In this document: positions 18,016-24,600 of the stretch, in pieces
How positions within the stretch are numbered: the first letter of the stretch is position 1
Layout of the letters: each line of letters starts with the position of its first letter
Assembly: GCA_934481325.1 (NCBI GenBank)
Contig: CAKSPL010000001.1
Coordinates: 1-42,203 of the forward strand
Source of the DNA: an uncultured Eubacteriales bacterium
GTDB taxonomy: Bacteria; Bacillota; Clostridia; Oscillospirales; CAG-272
Direction of reading: 5' to 3'
DNA: 42,203 nucleotides
Position numbers and translations under genes: made by a program
Notes under the pieces: model-generated
The model's database searches: none
Told to the model about the DNA's origin: nothing
Seen by the model: only the letters and a program-made list of their open reading frames with translations

Positions 18016-18210
18016 TCAGAATCTCCTTTCATAATAGCCGTCCATCACGTTTTTGAAGGGGCAGCGTTCAAAATCCTTCGGATGGGCGCAATAGGAATAC
18101 AAAAATCCCCGTCTTGCTTCCTTATCCGGAAATTTCAGCTTTGCGCACTCGCAATAGGTCACCCCCGCCTTTTCGTATTGGTAATACGGACACGCACCTG
18201 CAATCGGCAT
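18016..18210 (-). CDS. Cys-rich 64-aa protein, first gene of the leftward operon
   Basis: AAGGAGGAAGTT-ATG. MPIAGACPYYQYEKAGVTYCECAKLKFPDKEARRGFLYSYCAHPKDFERCPF has five Cys and one His, spaced like a metal-binding knuckle. Confidence 0.5.
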   Translation of the reverse strand: MPIAGACPYYQYEKAGVTYCECAKLKFPDKEARRGFLYSYCAHPKDFERCPFKNVMDGYYERRF

Positions 18211-18256
18211 AACTTCCTCCTTGTTTCTTTTTCGGGACGTTTGTTTTCCCGTTTAT

Positions 18257-18276
18257 TCGTCCTATTTTTGGGACGA
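18257..18276. promoter_or_regulatory. Operator-like palindrome O1
   Basis: TCGTCC-tatttttg-GGACGA: perfect 6-bp inverted arms with an 8-nt spacer, preceded by AT. It lies in the leader of the leftward operon. Confidence 0.5.
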
Positions 18277-18329
18277 GCAAGGTGCAACTCATTCTGCATC
18301 TCCGGAATACAATCAGAATTGCACTCTAT

Positions 18330-18349
18330 TCGTCCTAATTCTGGAACGA
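18330..18349. promoter_or_regulatory. Operator-like palindrome O2
   Basis: TCGTCC-taattctg-GAACGA. Same left arm, same spacer length and same terminal TG as O1. It lies 5-24 nt downstream of the -10 of the leftward promoter, over the expected transcription start. Confidence 0.5.
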
Positions 18350-18353
18350 CATT

Positions 18354-18382
18354 AGCATACACCATTTTCTCCCGTTTGTCAA
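18354..18382 (-). promoter_or_regulatory. Leftward (head-operon) promoter
   Basis: Minus strand reads TTGACA (18382-18377), 17 nt, TATGCT (18359-18354). Confidence 0.6.
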
Positions 18383-18418
18383 GTACGATTTCCAAAAAGT
18401 TATGATGAAATTGTAAAT

Positions 18419-18438
18419 TCGTTCCGTTTTTGATACGA
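18419..18438. promoter_or_regulatory. Operator-like site O3 (degenerate)
   Basis: TCGTTC-cgtttttg-ATACGA. Same architecture as O1/O2. It ends 5 nt upstream of the -35 of the rightward promoter. Confidence 0.4.
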
Positions 18439-18442
18439 CCGC

Positions 18443-18471
18443 TTGACTTTTCCCTCCCGCGTTGCTACAAT
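18443..18471 (+). promoter_or_regulatory. Rightward promoter for the XRE/ImmA-like genes (and possibly glpK)
   Basis: TTGACT (18443-18448), 17 nt, TGC-TACAAT (-10 at 18466-18471). Confidence 0.6.
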
Positions 18472-18514
18472 AATATTGAAGAAAAGACTGCTATGGCAGG
18501 GAAAGAGGCAACAA

Positions 18515-18826
18515 ATGAATGTTTCCGACCGCATCCGCGCGCAAATGGACCGACAGGGGCTGTCCTATGGGGAGCTTGCCCTTCGCACGGGGCTGACGAA
18601 GTCTGCGGTACACCGTTATGCCACCGGGCAGACCGACAAGGTGCCCACCGAGGCATTGGAACGGTTGGCACTTGCCCTCGGCGTAACGCCTGCCTATCTC
18701 ACCGGGTGGGAAACGGAATCCCCCCACACGCTCGCGGCACATTTTGAAGGGGAATCGTTCAGTGATGAGGAGCTGCGGGAAATCGAAGATTTTGTGCGGT
18801 TTGTGAAGTCCAAACGCCCACACTGA
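18515..18826 (+). CDS. XRE-family HTH repressor (ImmR/cI-like)
   Basis: Start at ATG 18515 (MNVSDRIRAQMDRQGLSYGELALRTGLTKSAVHRYATGQ...), giving 103 aa. Canonical XRE helix-turn-helix. Divergent from the phage operon. Confidence 0.85.
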   Translation: MNVSDRIRAQMDRQGLSYGELALRTGLTKSAVHRYATGQTDKVPTEALERLALALGVTPAYLTGWETESPHTLAAHFEGESFSDEELREIEDFVRFVKSKRPH

Positions 18827-18848
18827 AAGGAAACTTTGAAAGGGAGCT

Positions 18849-19331
18849 ATGTACGAGCAACTTTTGGATGAAGCCAAGGAAAAAGGCATTACCGTGATTG
18901 AAAAATACCCGTTTACCTCGCCCCGCATCCGCGGGCTTTGCTGTGATGATACCATTGCCATCAGCGCGCAGGTGGACACCGAAGCGGAGCGCACGGTCAT
19001 CCTTTGCGAGGAGCTGACGCACGCCACGCATTCGGCAGGCGATATCCTCACCGACAGCCGGATGGAACGGCGTGTGCGGGAGCGGATTTTTGACCGTCTG
19101 GTCGGCACTGCGGGGCTGGTGCGTGCCTGCCTCGCCGGGTGCCGCACTCCGTGGGAAATTGCCGACTTTTGCGGCGTTCCGGAGGCATTTCTGCACGCTC
19201 TGCTTGCCAATTACAGAGAGCGGTTTGACCCGCGCATTATCGTCACACTTCCGGAAGGGACCTTTGCGCTGACCCTGCAACCGACCCTTTGCGTTTCCAA
19301 ACTCAAAAAAGGAAAAGGAGAAACGGTATGA
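18849..19331 (+). CDS. ImmA/IrrE-like (COG2856-type) putative anti-repressor metalloprotease
   Basis: 160 aa directly after the XRE gene. The layout ...GLCCDDTIAISAQVDTEAERTVILCEELTHATHS... matches ImmA-like proteins, but the HEXXH position reads CEELTH, so the first His is absent. Confidence 0.6.
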   Translation: MYEQLLDEAKEKGITVIEKYPFTSPRIRGLCCDDTIAISAQVDTEAERTVILCEELTHATHSAGDILTDSRMERRVRERIFDRLVGTAGLVRACLAGCRTPWEIADFCGVPEAFLHALLANYRERFDPRIIVTLPEGTFALTLQPTLCVSKLKKGKGETV

Positions 19332-20809
19332 AAAAATATCTGATGGCACTGGATCAAGGCACCACAAGCTCCCGATGCATTATTTTTGATGCGGACGGCA
19401 CCGTAAAATCCACCGCCAACCGCGAGTTTACGCAATATTTCCCCGAGGCGGGATATGTGGAGCACGATGCCGGGGAAATCTGGCATTCCCAGCTTGCCGT
19501 GGCAAGGGAAGCACTGGAAAAAGCAGGGCTCAGCGCAGGGCAGATTGCGGGAATCGGCATTACCAATCAGAGAGAAACCACCGTCGTATGGGAAAAGGCA
19601 ACGGGAAAGCCGATCTGTCACGCCGTTGTGTGGCAATGCCGCCGCACGGCAAAACGCTGTGAGGAATTGCGGCAGGCTGGCTTGGAACCGCGCATCCGTG
19701 AAAAAACGGGGTTGCGCCTTGACCCGTATTTCTCCGCCACCAAGCTGGAATGGATTCTTTGCCACGTGCCGGGTGCCAAGGAGCGTGCCGCAAAAGGGGA
19801 ATTGCTGTTCGGCACGGTGGATTGCTGGCTGATCTACAATCTGACCGGCAGGCGCGTACACGCCACAGACCCCTCCAACGCCTCCCGCACAATGCTTTAC
19901 AATATTCATACAATGGACTGGGATGACGAGCTTCTCGCGCTCTTCGGCATTCCCCGTGCAATGTGTCCTGCGGTGCTTCCTTCCTCCGGGATTTTCGGGG
20001 AAACCGATCCCGCCCTCTTCGGTGCGCCCATCCCGATTGCGGGTGTGGCGGGGGATCAGCAATCCGCCCTTTTCGGTCAGGGGTGCCACACCGAAGGAGA
20101 CGTGAAAAATACATACGGCACCGGCGGGTTCCTCCTGATGAACACCGGGGAGCGCATCATCTCCTCCGCACACGGACTGCTTTCCAGCGTGGCGTGGCAG
20201 ATCGGAAATAAAGTTTCCTATGCGCTGGAAGGCTCGGTTTTCGTTTGCGGAGCCGCGATACAGTGGTTGCGGGACGGCTTGCGGCTGTTTGATTCCGCCG
20301 CCGAAAGTGAGGCAATCGCCGCCTCTGTTCCGGATACCGACGGTGTGTATTTTGTCCCCGCCTTTGTAGGTCTTGGCACACCGTACTGGGATCCGTACGC
20401 CCGCGGCACCATCACGGGAATTACCCGCGGCACCACAAGGGCGCACATTGTGCGCGCCACGCTGGAGGCGATGGCATTTCAGACCGTGGATGTGCTGGTG
20501 GCAATGCAAAAGGACACCGCACTGCCGTTAAACGTTCTCCGTGTGGACGGCGGAGCCTCCAAAAACGATCTGTTGCTGACACTGCAAAGTGATTTTGCGG
20601 GCGTGACGATTGAGCGACCCGCCAGTGTGGAAACCACCGCGTGGGGCGCGGCGGCATTAGCGGGGCTTGCCGTGGGAATCTTTGAAAGCACCGCACAAAT
20701 CCGCGCACTTGCCGTACCGGAAAAGCGGTTTGACCCGAAGATGGGGGCAACCGAAAGGCAAACGGCACTTGACGGTTGGCACCGCGCCATCCGCGCCGCG
20801 CGCGTATAA
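19328..20809 (+). CDS. glpK: Glycerol kinase
   Basis: Start at ATG 19328 (MKKYLMALDQGTTSSR...) after AGGAGA, giving 493 aa. GITNQRETTVVW, FGTVDCWLIYNLTG and YGTGGFLLMNTG are classic FGGY kinase/GlpK blocks. Confidence 0.92.
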   Translation: MKKYLMALDQGTTSSRCIIFDADGTVKSTANREFTQYFPEAGYVEHDAGEIWHSQLAVAREALEKAGLSAGQIAGIGITNQRETTVVWEKATGKPICHAVVWQCRRTAKRCEELRQAGLEPRIREKTGLRLDPYFSATKLEWILCHVPGAKERAAKGELLFGTVDCWLIYNLTGRRVHATDPSNASRTMLYNIHTMDWDDELLALFGIPRAMCPAVLPSSGIFGETDPALFGAPIPIAGVAGDQQSALFGQGCHTEGDVKNTYGTGGFLLMNTGERIISSAHGLLSSVAWQIGNKVSYALEGSVFVCGAAIQWLRDGLRLFDSAAESEAIAASVPDTDGVYFVPAFVGLGTPYWDPYARGTITGITRGTTRAHIVRATLEAMAFQTVDVLVAMQKDTALPLNVLRVDGGASKNDLLLTLQSDFAGVTIERPASVETTAWGAAALAGLAVGIFESTAQIRALAVPEKRFDPKMGATERQTALDGWHRAIRAARV

Positions 20810-20826
20810 AAACGCAGGGGATGCGC

Positions 20827-20859
20827 GAGGGGGTGCCTTTTGAAAAAAGGCACCCCCTC
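20827..20859 (+). terminator. Terminator-like palindromic hairpin after glpK
   Basis: GAGGGGGTGCCTTTT-GAA-AAAAGGCACCCCCTC is a perfect 15-bp inverted repeat. There is no clean T-run after the stem, so efficiency is uncertain. Confidence 0.5.
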
Positions 20860-20899
20860 GACCCCCTCCAAAGCCTTTCAAACAATCGGAATACCCGGT

Positions 20900-21411
20900 A
20901 AGAAAGGAAAACCTGCACACGCGGCATATCCCCACACGCTTTTCTTCGCAATAACTGCCGCCCCATAGTGAGAAAAGACCCCGCGGCAGGTGAAAAACGG
21001 CACACGAGGCAGGTGAAAACGGCACCCGCTCGGGAGAATCAAACCCCACCCCCTCGGTGTTAAACCTGCACCCGCAGTGCGAAACCTCGCCCGCCGCGCA
21101 CGCCGCCCACGAGAAAAAATCCCCACGGTGGTACAACCCGCCGCAAAAGCAAAACCCGCCGCGCACACTGTCCCGCAATGCGCTCTCCCGGAGTGCAATG
21201 CCCGCCACGCGGTATAAATCCTTGCACGCAGTTTGAAGCCCCCCGCCGTGCGCGTACCGCTCGCCCTTATAGCGCGAAACTCACGCACGCCGTGCGCATC
21301 GTCCCGCCCTTATAGTGCGGAACCCACACGCGCCGCGCACACCGCCACACGATGTGAAACCTTGCCGGAAGTTAAAAGCCCTCTGTCCAAGCAAAAACTC
21401 TCTGCCAAAGT
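20900..21411. repeat. Non-coding GC-rich tract built of degenerate ~20-23-bp units beginning G-N-GAAAAC
   Basis: Consecutive units start at 20970, 20990, 21013, 21036, 21059, 21079, 21111, 21131 and 21149. Examples: gtgaaaaacggcacacgaggcag / gtgaaaacggcacccgctcggga / gttaaacctgcacccgcagt. There is also a ~33-bp direct repeat, cgcccttatagYgcgRaacYcacRcgcc, at about 21273 and 21304. Confidence 0.6.
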
Positions 21412-21461
21412 AAAACCCACCCCTTTGGTGCGGAAATCCGCACCAAAGGGGTGGGTTTTTG
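21412..21461. terminator. Strong bidirectional terminator
   Basis: AAAACCCACCCCTTTGGTGCGG-aaat-CCGCACCAAAGGGGTGGGTTTTT: a ~22-bp stem with an A-run and a T-run. A second hairpin, CGGGGGGC-ttt-GCCCCCCG, lies at 21479-21497. Confidence 0.85.
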
Positions 21462-21516
21462 CGTCAAGGTGTCTTTATCGGGGGGCTTTGCCCCCCGATG
21501 AGGCACCTGTGAAGAA

Positions 21517-21639
21517 TCAATTCATTGCCTCAAAATCGTCGTTGGCGATGTCATCTTCGGACACCAGCAGAATATCCTTCGTGGTGAAAACCAAAAGTTC
21601 CGCCATAGGAGGCATATAGATTGTTGCTTTGTTCTTCAT
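21517..21639 (-). CDS. Unannotated 40-codon ORF downstream of the GLUG gene
   Basis: Below the ORF-track size cut-off. AAGGAGGAGAGATTT-ATG (ATG 21639-21637), 19 nt after the stop of the giant gene. Own translation: MKNKATIYMPPMAELLVFTTKDILLVSEDDIANDDFEAMN, stop TGA at 21519-21517, followed by the terminators. Confidence 0.45.
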   Translation of the reverse strand: MKNKATIYMPPMAELLVFTTKDILLVSEDDIANDDFEAMN

Positions 21640-21658
21640 AAATCTCTCCTCCTTACTC

Positions 21659-24600
21659 TTAGATAAAGCCCTTCAGAATTTCGCGGGCAGATTCCGAATA
21701 CCGGCTGTAAACGGTGTTTCCGCCTGCATCGGTGGTCGCATATCTGTATTCGTCACTCTGCGCGGTCTTTGTGTCGGCAAGAGCCGCCTCGGCAACCTGG
21801 CGGATGGAACGCACGTTGTTCACACCGTCAAACTCGCTGTAATAGTAGGTGACCGCACCCTCTGCATCCACAACCTTCACATAGGAAATTGCCGCAAATG
21901 CACGGGTCAGGTTGGCTTTTTGGATGTTGGTGAGAGCCGCGCGAATCTCTACATTGCCGTTCTCATCCTCAATCAAACCGGCATCGGCTTTGATATCCTT
22001 ATACCTGACCGTGACGTCCTTGAGTGCGCTTGCCGCGTCCAGAGCTTCCATCGTAAACGCATCCGCGCACACCACATAGTCCATCGGAGCAATCACGGTG
22101 CCGTAGCTGATGCTACCGGTAGCACCTGCCAATTCCTTGGCAGCCGCAATCTTATCCGCCGTAATGGTGGAGATGAAGCGAAGACCGGTGGAGCCTGCGG
22201 TCATACGAACCTGTGCGCCGGGTTTGGTGGTCATCGCGTACTTGCTGTCGGTCGCACCGGAGAACGTCCACACCTTGTAGGTTGCGCCCTCAAAGTTGCA
22301 GGTGCCGGCATAGGTACCCACGGCAACGTCGCCGTGCGAGTCGGTCGGGTGATAGCCGCTTGCCGTTGTGATATCGGCACAGCCGTTGGTGTTCACAAAG
22401 TACAACTGAGCCGCACTTGCCAGGAATTTACCGCCGGTGATGTTCAGGGAAGCGCAGGTATTGTTCTTGAAAACGACCTGCTGGCTTCCGGTTTTTTGGT
22501 TGACAAGAGTACCGCCGCTGATGTTCACAGTGCCATAGGTACCAGAACCGCCGCAACGGACAACAGCCCCCCACACCTGCGTGTTACCGGGAGTGGCAAT
22601 CAGCACACCGCCCATAATATTGAGCGTGCCGTTGGTTTCCGTAGTAATGGTATTATCGGAGCCGCTTTCATTCTTGGTTTTACCGCCAAGCGCGCGTGCA
22701 ACGCACATACCGTTGTTGGTAAATCTGCCGCCGAACATATTGAGCGTACCTCTATCTGCACGAATCAGAGCGTCCGCCTGATCGATACCCTCAAAGGTGC
22801 CGCCGTAGATGTTGATTACTGCATTGTCGCCCTGGGTCATTACGGCTTCGCCGCGGGAATTATAGGAGCCGTCCTCAACGTTCAGAACGCCGTTCTTGCA
22901 AAGAATCAGATTGCCGGTTGCGTTCTTGATCACGCTTTCACTGCCCTTGATTTCCACAAGAGAAGGCGTCTCGCAATACAGGCCGATAGCGTAAGTGTTG
23001 CTGCGGATACGACCGTTCTCGTTTGCGGAGCCGACATAGAGCTTCACGTTGGTAAAGGTCAGGTTCAGCACGGAGGAACGGCGGTTCAGCCCTGTGCGCA
23101 CGCCGGCACCCTGTGCATATACCGTCAGATTGTTCACGTTGGCGGTGCCACTGCCGCTGAGGTTGAGCATATACTTGCCCGTATTCGCGGCATAGAAGTT
23201 GTAGCCGTTGCCGTCAAAGGTGTAGGAAACACCGTTGGAAACGATGGTTTCCGGAGTAGCCGCATAGTAATTTGCCAACAGCTTCACGGTTGCACCCTCG
23301 GTGAGGTACATACTGACCTCACTCAGAGAATCAACGGTTGCCACAAGCTCGTTTGCGGCATTGTACACCGCAACCTTGTTTGCCTCGTTGGGTTCCACAC
23401 CAAGGAGCTTCGCATACGCATAGCCAAGCTCACCGTTCGTGACAGGGTTGATACCCGCGGCAAGCAGTACGTTGGCAGTTACGGTGTTGTCCATCGCAAA
23501 GTCGGTAATTGCCACCGTACCCGTGCTGTTTCCGCCAAGGGCAACCGTGGTACCGCCGTTACCGGTTTGCGCATCATACATCGCGCTCCCGGATTTGACC
23601 AGGTTCCCGGAGATGTTGGCTTTTGCCGTCAAAGGGGAAGTACCGGTGCCATAGTACAAGTGGGTTGCCGTTTTTGCCGTAACCGTGGCAACAATCACGT
23701 TGTTCTTGATGGTTGCGACATTCGTATTGGCATATCCGCAAAGCGCACCGGCGCGGGCACCCGTACTGGTAACGGTGCCGGCAATAATGCAGTTCTGAAT
23801 ATCAATGCCGACTTTATCGCTTGCCCACTGATAGCCGACCAGTCCGCCTACATCGGCAGTGCCACAGGAGATGGCACCGGTATTGACGCAGTAGGAGTAA
23901 ACAATGCTGCTACCGCTGGTTGCGTGCAACTCACCCGCCATACCGCCGGCGCGGGTTTTGCCGGTAACGGAGCCGGTATTGATGCAATTCCGGAACGAAA
24001 AGACCTTGCAACCGGAGTCCTGGTGGTGGTTCGCCATCCCCGCCGCGACAAGCGTGGTGGAGGTAACCGAGCCGGTGTTGATGCACGCGGTGAGGGCTAC
24101 GCCCTTGGCACTGTCACCGACGATACCGCCTGCATAGCGAACGCTTACGATTTCGCCGCCGTTGTAGCACCCCTGCGCATAAACCGCAGCCGTGCCGTTA
24201 TAGCCCTGGATACCGCCCGCGCTGGCAAGATCCGCGGTGCCGGTGCTGGTGATTTTGCCGGTGTTTACGCAATCCCGATACATCGGGTTGGCGGAAGCTG
24301 AAGTTTGCGAGCTACCCACGATACCGCCTGCCTGATGCACACTGGATACCGCGCCGCTGTTGGAGCAGTTGATATAAGTGGTGTAGTTACCGTCGGAATA
24401 ACCGCAAAGACCGCCCGCAGCAGTACTGCCGGTAGCGGCTTCAATCGCACCGGTGTTGGTGCAGTTTTCAAACCGCGCCAAAGCACCGTTTGTCGTGCCG
24501 ATGATACCGCCCGCATAGTTCTTGGAGGTGGTAACACTTGCAGTGTTATGGATGTTGATAAAGGTTGCCCCACCGAATCTGGCAAGCGCACCCACCGAAT

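Larger units (their letters stand above)
10484..19331. mobile_element. Phage-derived island: head-morphogenesis/packaging operon plus XRE/ImmA-like switch; no tail, integrase, replication or endolysin genes
   Basis: Sum of the component calls below. Bounded by the serC promoter on the left and the glpK start codon on the right. Confidence 0.8.

Noticed and set aside
18159-18395. A 78-aa minus-strand ORF inside the switch region.
   Set aside because: It overlaps the predicted promoter, both operators and the next gene's RBS. It has no SD and is Arg/Lys-rich.
20900-21411. A possible degenerate CRISPR array or decayed gene. Many words end in GAAAC.
   Set aside because: There is no constant repeat alternating with unique spacers. 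The units are only ~20 bp and highly degenerate. The ORFs through the tract (e.g. 20878-21288) are Arg/Ala/Gly-rich with no start context.
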